Positions 34,505 to 48,207 of a DNA stretch of 64,000 nt are shown one piece after another. Positions within the stretch are counted from its first letter, which is position 1; the number at the start of each line of letters is the position of its first letter. The stretch covers positions 806,001 to 870,000 of the forward strand of contig JABVCE010000013.1 of the NCBI GenBank assembly GCA_014905635.1, in the 5' to 3' direction. The DNA is from Scenedesmus sp. PABB004. Taxonomy: Eukaryota. A program made the position numbers and the translations under genes. A model generated the notes under the pieces. It did no database searches. It worked only from the letters and a program-made list of their open reading frames with translations, and was not told the origin of the DNA.

Positions 34505-36423
34505 TCAGAAGCGCCCGCGGCGGCGTGCTCGCGCCGGCGCCGCTTGCCGCCGGCGCGGCCCTCGCCGTCGGCGCCGTCGGCGCCGTCGCCTGCGTCGCCG
34601 CCCGCGCCCGCTGGCGCGGCCGCGGCGCCGCCCTGGCCCTGGCCGTGGTCCTGGCCGTCGCCGGGTGGGTCGTCAAACGTGACCTTGGAGCCCTCCCAGT
34701 TGCCGCCCGCGATCTTGAGGCCGCGCTTGCCCAGCCCGCGCTTGCCCTGGCGCTGCGTGGCGTGCGCCGCCATGTAGACCGCCGTCTGCGCGGCGGGAGG
34801 CAGCGGGCGGCGGCGGGCGGTGGCGGGCGGCGGGCGGCCGTGGGCAGCGGCGACCACGTGAGTGGCCGTGCGGCCCATGGCTGCACGCCCCAGCGCAGGC
34901 CCGCGCCCGCGTCCGCCGCGCGCGCCTGCTTGTCCTCGTCAAACGTGGTGCGCTGCCGCTCGCCCTCCTCCTCCAGCCCCTCCAGCAGCCCCGCCGAGGC
35001 GAACATCTTGGCGCCCCACCAGCCCGTCGGCGGCGTGGGCTTGAACGCTTTGAACGACTGCGCGGCCCCAGCGGTGGCACACACGCTGTGAGACAGAGGC
35101 GACGCCGCGCGCACGCCGCCGCGCCACGCTGGCGCTTCGCCGCCGCCGCGCGCGCTCGCACCGCTGCAGTCGAGGCGCCCTGGACGTCCAGCACAACCAC
35201 GACGCGCGGCTTGGCGGCGGCGGCCTGCTGCGCCGCCGGCGCCTGCGCCTGCTCCTGCTGCTGCTGCGCGCCGGCCTGGCACTTGGCGCGCTTGCCGCCG
35301 CCAGCGTCGTCATCCCCCTGCTGCTTGCGCTTGGCCCTGCTGCTCCCCGCGCCGCCGGGCGCGGCCGCGGTGTCCTCCGACGAGCTGCTGCCTGCGCGGC
35401 GGGCGGGGGCGCGTTTGGCGCGGCGCGCGCGGCGTGCGGCGTCGCCGCCCGCAGGCGCAGCAGGCGCAGCCGGGCGCGCTGCGGCGCCGCGCTCGCCTGG
35501 GCCCTTGCTCGCTGCCGGCGTGCCGCCCAAGCGCTGCGCGACCGCCGCCGCCTGCGCCGCCTCCTGCGCCCGGATGCGCGCCATCTTGCCCTCGCGCCCG
35601 CCGAAGCGCCCCGCGGGGCCGCGCGAGCCCTTGGCCAGCGCGGCCGCGAGCTTGAGCTCGGCGGCCGACGCGTTGGCCGTCGTGCCGTCGCGGTTGAGCG
35701 CGGGCCCGACCGCGGCGGCGAGCCGCGCCTTATGCTCGGCGTCGCTCTCGCTCGAGTCGCTGTCGCTGCTGTCGCTGCCGCTGCTGCTGCTGCTGCTGTC
35801 ACTGTCGCTGTTGTCGCTGCCGCCGCTGCCGCTGCCGCTTTCGCTGCTGCTGCCGCTGCTGGCGCCGGCGCTCGTGCGCGCGGAGGACTCGCTGCCGCCG
35901 CTGCCGCCGCGCCGCCGCTTCTTGCTGCTGCCGCGCTTGCCCAGGCTCTGCAGGCCCGTGGTGTAGGCGTCCTCCCAGTAGCGCCAGTCCCACTTCCACC
36001 CGCCGCCGGCGGCCGCGCCGACCTGCGGGCAGCGGCGGCAGCGCCCGCGCGGCGTGCGTGCTCAGCCCCGCCCCTGGAGCGGGAGCTGGCAGTCACCGCG
36101 GCCAAGCCACCAGGGCCGCGCGCGGACCAGCGCCGCGGGCGCGCCGGCCGGCGGCGGCGCGGCAGCCGGCGGCGGCAGCGACAGCCGGCGGCCGGCGCCG
36201 CCCCGTGCGCCGCGGCAGCGGGCGCGCCCGGCTGGCGCCGCACCCCGAGCGTGTCCTCCTTCTTCTTGACCTCCAGCGCCTCCGTCATGCCGCGCTTCTC
36301 CTTGCCCAGGCCCTGGCCCTTGCTCCAGCCCATGGCCTCCAGCATTTTCTGCCCCACGCCGCCATACGCCGTCGCCTTGTGCGGCGCGAGCTGGCCCGGG
36401 ACGTGTCCGGGCGGCAGCTTCAT
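34270..36423 (-). CDS. G-patch domain protein (PINX1/GPATCH4-like), spliced
   Basis: GVGQKMLEAMGWSKGQGLGKEKRGMTEALEVKKKEDTLGVG, WKWDWRYWEDAY, GRFGGREGKMARIRAQE, C-terminal KWAKLA..L domain. Confidence 0.85.
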
Positions 36424-36755
36424 GGCGGGCGCCCCCCTGGCAGCGCCGCGCGGGTCGGCCGCGACTGGCGGGCGCGCTGCAGCTGCAGCCGTGCGGCGCG
36501 CGGTGCGAGCGGTCGCGCGTGTGTGTGCGGGCTGGGCGCGGGGAGAGATGGACGGCCGAGCAGCGCGCCAGGCAGTGCGCGCCGCGCCGAGAACCGCCGA
36601 CGGCCGCCGGCGTCCCGCGCGCGGTTTCACGCCGCCGCCGCCGCCGCCCCCGCAGGCTTCCTTGAGTTCCGTCCGGTCCTCCCAGCAGCCCCGCGCCGCG
36701 CCCAGCCCCTCCCAACGCCGCCGCAACGGCCCGCCGCCCGCGCCCGCCAGCGCGC

Positions 36756-39700
36756 TCAGTCAATCTGCGGGCGGCGGCGGCGCCGGCGGCGGCCGCTCAG
36801 CGCGCGGCAGCCCTCCGCTGCCAGCGGACGGCCGCCCCCCCCCCCCCCCCCCCGCCGTCCGCACCTTGATGGCGCCGTAGATGGCGCGCACGAACCAGAG
36901 GCACGCGTAGAAGCCGATCGTGCCGGTGAGGCAGAAGAAGCCGTAGCTCACGACCTGCCGCGCGGCGCGGCGCGGCGCGGCGGGCCTCGGCGCGGGCGCG
37001 CGCCCGGCCTGCGGGGGGCGCGGCGCCGCGGCGCCTGCCGCCGCCGGTCCCGGGGCGCCCCAGGGGGCAGAGAGGCGGCTCAGCGCCCTCCCTCCCTCCC
37101 ACCACCACACCCCCACACAAACGCACCGCCATGTAGACAAAGTACAGCAGCATCGGCACCACCTGCGCGCGGCGGCGTGGCGTGGCGTGGTGTGGTCGGG
37201 CGCGAGCATAAGTTGTTGTTGTTGGGGCGCGCGCGTGCGTGTGCGAAGGGCGAGCGTGCGTGCGCGTCGGCGGCGGCGGAGGCGCGCGGCGGCGGCGGCG
37301 GCGGCGGCGTGCCGCGCCGCGCCTTTGTGATGTCGAGCTTTGTGAAGAAGTAAAAGGCGGAGTAGGCAAAGAGGTAGAGCGCCGACGCGCCTGCACAGCG
37401 GGCGGGCGGCCGGGCGCGACATGACGCGCGGCGCCCGGCTCCGGCCAGCGCGGCCGAGGCGGGCGGTCGGGCGGCCCAGCTGCGCACGCGCGGCGCACCG
37501 CTGGTGAAGTAGGACCGCCACCACCAGTTGTAGTCCTCGGCGCAGAGCTGGAAGTAGGTGAGCACGATCGCGATCTCCGCGCACGTGAGGGCGAGGATGA
37601 CAAACACGAGCGCGAGGAAGCCGAAGAGGTAGTAGACTGGCCACGTTTGAATCGGGGAGTTTGAATCGAGGAGTTTGAATCGAGGAGTTTGAATCGGCCG
37701 ACGTGCGGGCGGCGCGGGGCGGGGCGGCGTCGGCGGGGTGGGTGGGCGGCGGCGGGGTGGGCGCCGCGCCGCGCCGCGCGGGGCGCGGCCGCCGGGCCCC
37801 GGCGCTGGCCGGCCGCGCGCGCGCGCCCGGCGGCGCGCCCGCCGGAGCGCCCGCCGCGGCGCTGCGCGCGCACACTGGTGGAGCCAGACGCTGGTGAGGA
37901 TGAAGAAGAGCTCGATGAACACCGCGCCAAACGGCAGCACGCCGCCCACGGCCGCCGTGACGGCGGGGTGCATCCACCACGGCTGCTCGGGGACCTGGCG
38001 AGGGATCTGCGGCCGCACGGGCGCGCCGGGCGCGCGCGCGTCGGCGGCGGCGGCGGGCGGGCGGCGCCGGCGGGCGGGCGCGCCCGCGGCGGCCCAAGTC
38101 CTCGCCCTGCGCGCGGCGCCCGTGCTCCCCGCGCGCGCGCGTGCCTTGTTGGTCCGCACGGGGTCCTCCGGCGCGGGGGCCTTGAAGCCATAGTAGGACC
38201 CCACAAACACGAGCGGCACGCTCACGCCAAACCAGAGGAACGTGAGCGCGAGCAGCGTGCCAAACGGCACCGCGCCGCTGCTCTTCTGGCCCCAGATGAG
38301 CAGGTCGAGCACGAAGAACACGCCAAAGACGACGCCCGGGAAGAGCAGCGCCGTGCGCGCCGTCATCGCCTTCCACTGCGCGCGCGCCGCGCGGCGTGCG
38401 CGGCATGCGCGGTGCGCGGCGCGCGCGCGGGCGGGGCGGCGTGGGTGTGCGCGGGCGCGTGCGCGCGTGTGGGCCGGTCCCGCGCTCAGCAGCGCACGGC
38501 GGCGGGGCGCGGCCGGTCGCGCCCCCGCCGTGCGCCGCGCACCTGCTCGCCGCGGAAGGACTTGTACAGCCGCGCGGCCGCGTACCCGGCGGCGGCGCCC
38601 ATGAACACAAACATGAGCACCATCGCCGTCATGAGCCCGCCGCGGTTGCTGGGGCTGAGGAAGCCGAGCAGGGCGAAGAGCGTGGTGATGAGCAGCATGC
38701 CCAGGATCTGCACGCCCACGCCGACGTACGTCGCGAGCAGGCTGCCGTTGGCGGGCGGGCGCAGCACGTCGCCGTGCACGAGCTTCCACCCGCTCTCCTC
38801 CGCCGCCTCCTCCTGCGCGCGGCGCGGGCCGGGCGTGGGACGGCCGCCGCCGCGCCCGCGCGTGCGCCCGCGCGTGCGCCCGCGCCGCTGCGCCCGCCGC
38901 GTCTGCGCCGCCGCATGCCTGTGCGTCGAGCGCGTTGTACTTGGCGATGTCGCGCCACAGCGTGCGGACCATGATCATTGCGACCATGCCGGAAAGGAAC
39001 AGCACAATCATGACGCTGTTCACGATGCTGTGGCGGCGGCGGCGGCGGCGCGGTGGCGGCACGCGCGCGGCGCGGCGGCGGCGGCGGCGGTCGCTCAGCC
39101 CCTCGGCGCGCCGCGCGCCGCGGCCCCGGGGCCACCCGCCGCCGCCCCGCCGCGGCGCGGCGCGCGACGCGGCGGCGGGGCCCGCGCCGCGCGGCGGCGG
39201 CGGCGCGCGCGCGCACCTGAACCAGTGGATCTGGTCGTCCGTCATCTTGAGGTACGTGTCCCACCGCGACGCCCAGCGGATCGTGCTTTGCTGCGCGGCG
39301 CGGGCGGGCGGGCGGGCGGGCGGCGGCTCGGCGGCCGGCCGCGGCCGCGCGCGCCGGCACGGTCCGCGGCGTCACTCCTGCGCTGCTCGCGCCGCTCGGC
39401 GAGCTCCTTCTTCTCTTCTCACCGTGAACTTGACGTCGTAGGTGAACACCACCTCCTCGCCCTCCCCGACCTGCTGCGGCGGCTGGCTGTGGCTGACCGC
39501 GATCATGCGCCCCGGGTTGCACGTGCTCAGCGCCGGCGGCGCCTCGCCGGCGCCGCCCCACTTGCCGTCGGCGGCATGCTTCACGCTGAACGCCTCGACC
39601 TGGACCGGCGGCGCGCGCGGCGGCGGGGGTTGAGCGGGCTAGGCGGCCGGCGCTGGGCCGGCGGCGGGCGCAGCCGCGGCGCGCCGGCCCTGCCGGCGCG

Positions 39701-39889
39701 GCGAGCCGCTCGCCGAGCACACGGCGCGGCGCGGCGCGGGCGCGCGCGTCACACCTCGAAGCCGACGATGCGCGAGAGGTCGGTCGCGGCGTCGCGGTTG
39801 TAGAGGATGTTGAACCGCAGGTGGTTGTGCAGGAAGAAGAGGACCTCCTTCTGGCCCTCCAGCGTCGCCTGCGGTCGCGGGCCCGGCAC

Positions 39890-39920
<31 letters not shown>

Positions 39921-40991
39921 GTGGGGCGCGTGCGGCGGCACCGCCCAGAGGGCGGCGCGGCGCGCGGAGCGGCGCGGCGCGGGGCACCTTGAAGCCGACG
40001 GGGAAGCCGCGCTCGTACGCCTTCATCTGCTGCCCGTGCTCGTCCTGCCGGATGCGCACCATCGCGACCGGCAGGTTGTCCAGGATCCTGGCGGGCGGGC
40101 GGCCGCACGCGGGCGGCGGCAGGCCGGGGGTCGGCGCGAGCGCCGCGGCGCGCCAGCTGGGCGCGCGCGCCGCCGCCGCCGCGGGGGCGGCGCCGAGGGT
40201 TTGGACAGGCTCACATGTTGACCTTGTAGTCGTCGTCGATCTTGTTCCTGAACGCGCGCGCCTGCTTGGCGGTGAGCTTCTCGATGCGGCACAGCACCTG
40301 CGGCGGCGGCGGCGGCGGCGCGGCGGCGGCGCGGCTCGGCGGCGCGGCTCAGCGGCGCGCGCGCGCCGGCGCGTTCTCGCTGCCGCGTCCACCGCGCGCG
40401 GCTGCCGTCCCGCAGCCGCGCCCTGGGCGCGCCCCGGGCACGGCTGCGTCCCCCGTCGCGCGCGCGCCTTGCACTGCTCGTCGGCGCGCATCTTGATCTC
40501 GTACAGCGAGTTCTCGATGCGGTCGCCGCGCAGGACCTCGCCGAGGTTCTCCGCGAAGGGCACGATCTTCTCGGGCCGGCAGTACGGCAGAGAGTAGTAG
40601 TCGTAGGGCAGCTGCGTCTTGGTGCTGCTGAGCTTGTTGACCTTCAGGAAGATGCCGTCTGATGCGCGAGAGCGGGCGCGGCGGCGGGCGGCGGCGGCCG
40701 CGGCGGGCCGCGCGTGGGGCGTGGGCGGGCGGCGGGGGCGGCGGGGTCCGCGCTGGCGGCTGCGCGGCGCGCGCGCGGCACGGAGCGCGGGGCGCGGCGC
40801 GGCCGGCGCCGGGCAGCGCGTGTGCTGGCATGGCAGCGCGCCGCGTCGCCTGCGCCGCGCCGGCGCGCACCATCCTTCTTGAAGTCCTGCGGCGCCACGC
40901 CGGGCAGGTAGAAGGCCGCCGCCCGTGACGCGGCCGCCGCGAGCAGCAGCAGGGCCAGCGGCGCCGCGGGGCGGCGCTGCTGTCGGGCCAT
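36756..40991 (-). CDS. Transmembrane 9 superfamily / endomembrane protein 70 (TM9SF2/4-like), many exons
   Basis: Signal peptide then FYLPGVAPQDF, ENLGEVLRGDRIENS, ILDNLP, IHWFSIVNS, GWKLVHGDVLRPP, RTNKIPRQVP, GGVLPFGAVFIELFFI, EDYNWWWRS, C-terminal YGAIKID*. Confidence 0.96.
37645..37697. repeat. 14-bp minisatellite (GAGTTTGAATCGAG), about 4 copies, in a TM9SF intron
   Basis: Read directly; AT-richer than its surroundings. Confidence 0.9.
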
Positions 40992-41498
40992 TGCCGGCTG
41001 TTTGCGCGCCGGCGCCGCCGCGCGTCGCCGCCGGTCCGAGCGCTGCTGTCACGCCGCGCCGGAGCGGTGGCCCCTGCGTCCGGGCACAGGGGGGCCGCCA
41101 GGCGGGGGTTGCTGCTCTGCTGCCGAACGGTCGCTGCCCCCGGCGGGCGCTGGCGAGCTGGAGCGGCTGCGGGCGGAGCGGCGCTGGGCGGGACGCCGGG
41201 TGCCTTCCAGGCAGCGAGCTGGCGCGGTTCTGGCGGGCCGCCCGGCGGGCTGCTGCTCAGGGGCACAACGAGAGCGCGGCCTCGGCGTCCCGCCACTCCC
41301 CGGCATCGCCCGCCCGCCGATCTTGACTCAGAGCACGCCCTCCCGACAGCGCCGACGCCCGCAGACGCCCAAACCGCTGCCTGAGCCGATCATCACCCGC
41401 CCAACCGCCTCCCCCGGCCTCTCCCGGCCCCGCCCGCGCCCCGCCCCGCCGCCCCGGAACGCCCGGCAGCCGCAGCGCCCCGTGGGGCAGCAGGCGAC

Positions 41499-43510
41499 AT
41501 GCCTGGCGTGCCGGACAAGGTGGTGCTGCACCCGCTCGTGCTGCTCAGCGTGGTCGACCACTACAACCGCGTCGCCAAGGACACCAAAAAGCGCATCGTC
41601 GGCCTGCTGCTGGGTGAGACGTACAAGGGCCAGGTCGACGTGACCAACTCCTTCGCGGGTGCGGCCGCGGGGCGTGGCGCACGCCGCAGCGGCGGCGGCA
41701 GCGGCGCGCGGCGGCGGCGGCGGCGGCCGACGCCCGCGCGCTGCGCTGCGCCGCGCTGCGCTGCGCCGCGCCGCGCCGCGCCGCGCCGCGCCGCACAGTG
41801 CCGTTTGAGGAGGATGACAAGGATCCGTCCATCTGGTTCCTGGACCACAGCTACCTGGAGAACATGTTCCGCATGTTCAAGAAGGTCAACGGTGCGGCCG
41901 GACGCGCACGCAGCAGCAGCGGCGGCGGTTGCGCCGCGCCGCACGCGCAGCAGGCCGTGTGCACGCGCGCGCGCGCCGCCGCCGCCGACGCCGCCGACGC
42001 CGCGACCGCTGCCGGGGCGCAGCGCGGGAGCACGTGGTGGGCTGGTACAGCAGCGGCCCGCGGCTGCGCGAGGCCGACCTGTCCGTCCAGGCGCTCATGA
42101 CGGCCTACTGCCCCAACCCGGTGCTCGTCATCTGCGAGGTCGAGGTGCGCGGCGCCGCCGCCCGCCCCGCGCCCGCGCGCACGTGCTGGCGCCCCCGCGG
42201 CGCGCTCGCCCGGCGCGCCCGCCGCACCGCGCCGCGCGCTCACGCGCGCGCCGGGCGTCCGCCCGGCCGGCCGCGCGCGGCGCGCAGCCCAAGGAGGTGG
42301 GCCTGCCCTTCACCGCCTACACGGCCATCGATGAAGTGCGGGAGGTGCGGCGGCGCGCGCGGCGAGCGCGCTCGCGCCAGCCGCAGCCGCCGGGCGCCCG
42401 CCGCCGGCCGCGAGCGCGTCGCGCCGACCGCGGCCTGCGCGCACGCGCCGCCGCTCGCAGGACGGCACCGAGAAGAGCCGCCAAGTCTTCATCACCATCC
42501 CCACCGAGGTCGGGCAGACCGAGGCGGAGGAGATCGGTGAGCGGCCGGCCGGCCGGCGCGGCGGCGGCGGCAGCGGTGGCGGGGCGGCGGCGGACGCGGC
42601 GGATGCGGCGAGCCGACGCACGGCAGCCGCGGCCCGTGCGCGCACGCTGACGCCCGCTCCCCACGCCGCGCGTGCACACACACAGGCGTGGAGCACCTGC
42701 TGCGCAACGTGAAGGACGCGACGCTCTCGACGCTCGCGAGCGATGTGTCGGCCAAGCTGCAGGCGCTCAAGGGCCTGCGCAGCCGGCTCGCGGCGGTGCA
42801 GGACTACCTGGGCGCGGTGCTCGACGGCCGGCTGCCGGCGAACAACGACATCATGACCTACCTGCAGGTGAGCGGGGTGCCGGGGTGCAGGGCTCAGGGC
42901 TCAGGGTTCAAGCTGCGCGGCACCCGGGAGAGGGAGAGGGGGAGGGAGAGGGGCAGAGAGGGACTCTGGGCAGCGCAGCGGCAGCGGCGGCCAGCAGCCC
43001 GCGCCGCACCGCGCGCTTGCGCTCACGCCGTGCCGTGCCACCTGCGCCCGCGCTGCGCGCTGCGCGATGCGCGCTCGCAGGACATCTTCAACCTGCTGCC
43101 GAACATGAACGTCGAGGCGCTGTCGACGTCGCTCGCGGTCAAGGGCAACGACATGATGGCCGGCATCTACCTCGCCGCCCTCATCCGCGCGGTGCTCGCG
43201 CTGCACCGCCTCATCGACAACAAGGAGACGCGCATGTGGACGGTGCGCGACGCGGCGGCGCGGCGCTGCTGCTGGGCGCGGCGCGGCGCAGGCGTGCCGC
43301 CGGCGCGCGGCGGACGACGTGCCACGCGTGCGCGCGCGTGTGTGTGTGTGCTCGCAGGAGAAGGAGCGCGCGGACAAGGCCAAGGCGGCGGCCGACAAGG
43401 CGGCCAAGGCGGACAAGGACAAGGCCGACGCGAAGGACGGCGCCGCGGCAAAGGACCAGGAGGGCGGCGAGGCCAAGGCCGACAAGCCCGCTGCCAACGG
43501 CAACGCCTGA
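41499..43510 (+). CDS. RPN8: 26S proteasome lid subunit RPN8/PSMD7 (MPN domain), spliced
   Basis: [84 protein letters not shown]. Confidence 0.97.
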
Positions 43511-43929
43511 GCGCCGGGCGGCGCGCCGCCGCCCCGGCCCCGCCCGCTGCAGCGGCAGCGGGCGGCGGCGCTCGCGCGGCGCGCGAGCTGTCGCGCGGAC
43601 GCGTTGAAAGCGGCGTGGTTCAGGCCTCCTCGCCCCGCCCTCCTAGCCGCCCGTCCTGCATTCAACAGCACACCGCCGAGCACGTGCACCGCGCGGCAGC
43701 CGCGCTGCTCGGGGCCGCCCGACACAGCAGATCGCACTCCGCTCCGCGATGCAGCTCGCGCAGCAGCGCGCGGCCGGTGCCGCGGGCGTGGGAGCGGCAG
43801 GTGCGGGGGTCGTGTGTTCGAGTGAGCGCGCCGCTGCATCGCCAGCGCCACGGAGCCGGGCGCAGGGCGGCCTGCAGCGCGCAGCAGTCAAGCCCTAGCG
43901 CTGCCCCCGGTCTGCTGGCTCTCGCCAGC

Positions 43930-46520
43930 ATGGCCGTGAGAGCCCTCACGAGCCCCTGCCGCCACCCGCAGGCCGGCAGCGCGCCGCCGCCTTCCGCCCC
44001 GCCCTGCGGCGCCGCCAGGTGCGGCGGCGGGCGCTGCTGCTGCTGCCCACCGCGCCGCGGGCTTGGGCGGCGCACGCTGCGGCCGCCGCAGCAGCAGCAG
44101 CTGTGGGCGCACCAGCTGCACCAGCCGCGCCAGCAGCAGCACCCGCCGCAGGCGGCTCCAGCCGCCCGACGCCGCCGCGCGCGCCGCGTGCCGGCGCTGG
44201 TGCCTCGCAGGTGCTGCGCGTGCGCGGCAGCGTGTCGACGGCGCCCGAGTCGTTCACCATCCCCGCGGTGCCCGACCTCATCCCCGATGGCCCGTGGAAG
44301 AAGGTCGCCGGCGGCGTGTGCGCGGCCAAGGGCTTCAAGGCCACCGGTGCGGCCGCGCGGCGCCGTCGGCAGCTGCGCGGCGCCGCCGGCATCGCCGCGC
44401 CCCCCGCAGCCTCGCAGCCGCGCGCCCCCGCTGACCGTGCGGCGCGCGCAGGCGTGTACGCGGGGCTGCGCGCGGCGGGCAAGAAGGCGGACCTCTCGCT
44501 CGTCGTCGCGGACGAGCCGGCGGTCGCGGGCGGCGTGTTCACGCTCAACGTCATGTGCGCCGCCCCCGTCACGTACTGCAAGGACGTCCTCGCGCGCAAG
44601 CAGCGCGTCAAGGCGGTGCGCCACGCGGCGCCGCGCAGCGCAGCGCCACGCGGCGCCTCGCGGGCGAGCGGGCGGCGGGCGGGCCTTGCGCGACTGCAGA
44701 CGGCGCGCCTCGTCTTCGTCGTGCGCAGGTGATGACCAACGCGGGGCAGGCCAACGCCGCGACGGGGGACCAGGGCTACGAGGACGCGGTCAACTGCGCG
44801 ACCATCGCGGCGGCGAGCCTCGGCGTCACGCCCGACGACGTGCTGCTCATGTCCACGGGTGACCCGCCGCCGCCGCCGCCGCGGCTGCGACCGTGCCGGC
44901 CGCGGCTGGCTCGTGCGCGGGCAGCGCGCCCACACGGGCCAGACAGGCCGCGCGGGCGCCGCCCACGCGCGGCCGCGCCGCCGACACGTGGCCGCCGCCG
45001 CCGCCGCCGCGTGGGCCAGGCGTCATCGGGCGGCGCATGAAGATGGAGGCCTTTGTGCCGGCCATCCCCGAGCTGCCCAAGTCGCTCGGCGCGGGCGCGG
45101 ACGACGCGCACCGTGCCGCGGTCGCGATCACGACGACCGACCTGGTCAGCAAGGAGGCCGCGCTGCAGGTGCGCGGCGGCCGCGCGCCGCCGCCGCGAGC
45201 GCCCGCCGCGGCGCGCCACCGCTGCCGCCGGCGCCCACCGCCCGCCGCGTGACGCCCGCGCGGCGCCAGGTGAGCATCGGCGGCGCGACGGTGCACATCG
45301 GCGGCATGTGCAAGGGCAGCGGCATGATCCACCCCAACATGGCGACCATGCTCGGCGTCGTCACGTGCGACGCCGACGTCGAGCCCGAGACCTGGCGCGG
45401 CATGCTGCGCCGCGCGTGCGACGCGAGCTTCAACGCGGTGCGCGGCACGCGCGCGCGGCGCGCGGGCGCTGCGCGAACCGGCCGGCGGCGCGCCCCGGTG
45501 CCTGAGCCGCGCGTGAGAGCCGCGCGCCGCCACCGCCGCCGTGTCGTGGCGCGGCCAGATCACGGTGGACGGCGACACGAGCACCAACGACACCGTCATC
45601 GGCCTCGCGAGCGGCAAGAGCGGCGCGCCGCGCATCGCCGAGGCGGGCAGCGCCGACGGCAAGGCGCTCGAGGCGGCGCTCACCGCGCTGCTGCAGGTGC
45701 GCGCGCGCGGCGCACGGCCCTGGCGCGGGCGCCCCGCGCCGCGGCACGCACGCCCCTGCGCGGCACGGCCTGCGGGCGCGACCCGCCGCCGCGCCGCCGC
45801 CGCGCCGCCCCCGCGCGCGCCCGCGCGCCGCGCCGCCGGCAGGGCCTGGCCAAGGCGATCGCGTGGGACGGCGAGGGCGCGACGTGCCTCATGGAGATTG
45901 CCGTCGCGGGCGCGGCGAGCGACGCGGACGCGCGCGCGGTCGCCAAGAGCGTCGCCGGCAGCAGCCTCGCCAAGAGCGCGATCTTCGGGCACGACCCCAA
46001 CTGGGGCCGCATCGCCGCCGCGGCGGGCTACTCGGGTGCGCGGGCGCTCCGCTCGGGGCCGGCGCGGGCGCCGTCGCGCCCGCCGCGCGGCTCGCGGCCC
46101 CCGCCCCGCCCCGCTCACGTGCGACGCCCTCCCCGCCGCGCGGCGCGGCGCCTCTCCCCTCTACCGCGCGCGCAGGCGTGCAGTTTGACCAGCGCGACCT
46201 CGCGGTGCGGCTGGGCAGCATGCAGCTGATGGAGGCGGGGCAGCCGCTCGCGTTTGACGCCAAGGCCGCGAGCGGCTACCTCAAGACCACGTGCGCGGCG
46301 CACGGCACGGTGCAGATCTTTGTCAGCGTCGGCAAGGGCCCCGGCACGGGTGCGGCGGCGCACGGGCGGGGCGGGCGGGCGGGCGGGCGGGGCGGGCGGG
46401 CGCAGCGCGAGCGGGCGGGCGCGAGCGCGCGGCCTGCGCGCGCCGCGCCGCGCAGGCATGGCCTGGGGGTGCGACCTCTCCTACGACTACGTCAAGATCA
46501 ACGCCGAGTACACGACCTGA
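43930..46520 (+). CDS. argJ: Bifunctional ornithine acetyltransferase / glutamate N-acetyltransferase ArgJ, plastid (spliced)
   Basis: [94 protein letters not shown]. Confidence 0.96.
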
Positions 46521-46852
46521 CGGCCGAACGCGCTGGGGACAGCCCTGCCTGCCGCGTGCGCGGCGACGGGCCGCGCAGCGCGGCGCCGCGCCGCGCGCGC
46601 TGCGCGCGCTGTCCGGCAACCGGACGCGGCAACCGCCGCAGCGACCGGGCGCGTCTCGGTGGCGGCACCAGCAGCGAGCCAGGCGTCCCGCGAGCGCGCG
46701 CTAGAAAGCCGCGCATGGTGTCGCGGTGGTCCAGTTCGCGGTCTTGCGCGCCCCGCCCGCCACCTGGCGCGCTCCGGCCGCCCCCCGCCCCGCCGGCCAG
46801 TGCGCCGCCTCCGGTTCGTGCCGAGGGCGGCCAGCGCCGCCTCGGCGTCGCC

Positions 46853-47409
46853 ATGGCGCCCGCCACGCTGGTCTGCGAAATCTGCGCGCGCCTCGGGGAC
46901 TGCATCCCCTGCGCCAACGCGCAGTGGTGCGCCGCCTGCGCCCGCGGGCGGCGTCGACAGCCCCCACCCGCCGCTGAGGCGACGCTCCGCGCGCGCTGCC
47001 GGTCCCAGGTGCAAGAGCGGGCGCTGCCCCATCTGCTTCGTCGCGATTCTTGCTGCCCCGGAGCAGCACGGCCGCGTCTTCGACCTGATCTTCACCTGCG
47101 AGAGCTGCTGCGCCTACGGCAACAACTGCTGCGTCGCAGATGGTGCGGCGCGCGGCGGCAGCGGCGGCGGCAGCGGTTGCCGCTGCTGTCGTCTGCGCGG
47201 CGCCGCCGCTCAGCCGCCGCGCCCGCGCCCCGCGCGCGCGCAGCCGACATACCTGCAGCCCAGCCCGTGGCGGCCGCGGCGGCCGCCGAGGAGCCGGCGC
47301 CCGTGGCCAAGCGGCAGCGGCCGGCGTCGGCGGGCAAGGCAGCAGATGGCGGCGGCAACGAGCAGCCGCAGGCAGCGAAGCGGCAGAAGCCGGCCGCAGC
47401 AGCGGCGGC

Positions 47410-47442
<33 letters not shown>

Positions 47443-48142
47443 GCCCGCGCCCAAGGCCAAGGCCAAGGCCAAGCCCAAGCCCAAGGCGGCGGCGGGCAAG
47501 GCGCAGCAGGGGCCGGCGGCGCAGCCCAAGCCCGCGCGCAGGCCGGCGGCGCTGACGCTCGCCGCGCCGCTGGTGCTGGCGCCAGAGCCGCCGCCGCCGT
47601 CGGTGGAGGAGCCGCCGCCGGTGGAGGAGCCGCTGGCGGCGCCGCCGGCGCAGCCCGCAGCCGCGGGCGAGGCGCAGCAGGGGCTGCCGTCGCCGCCGCC
47701 CATGGCGCTGCCCTCGCCCACCAGCAGGGCCGACGCCATCCCGGTGGCCGAGATCTCGCCGGCGCGCAAGCGCGCGCGGGGGCAGCGGCCGGCCAGCGAC
47801 TCGGACGACGGCGCGCCGCTGGCCAAGAAGGCGCCGCCCGTGCCCAAGAAGGCGCCCACGGGGGCGGCGCCGGCAAAGCAGCCGCTGCCGGCCGCGCCCG
47901 CGGCCAAGAAGGCGGCCAAGGCCGGCGCCGGCGGCGGCACGGCGGCGGCTGCGGCGATGCTGGCGCGCTCGGGCGCCGTGGCTCGCGCCGCGGCGGCGGC
48001 CGCAGACGCGCCGCGCGCGGGCAGCGCGGCGGCGCGGCAGCAGCAGGCCGCCGCCGCCCAGCGGCTGGGCAAGGCCGTGGCGCTGCCGGCTGATCCGAGC
48101 AGCACGCACACGTCCGACGGGTTGCCGCTGGTGCGCCCCGGC

Positions 48143-48207
<65 letters not shown>

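Noticed and set aside
37645..37697. Possible CRISPR-like array
   Set aside because: Head-to-tail 14-bp units with no spacers, inside a eukaryotic intron, with no cas genes
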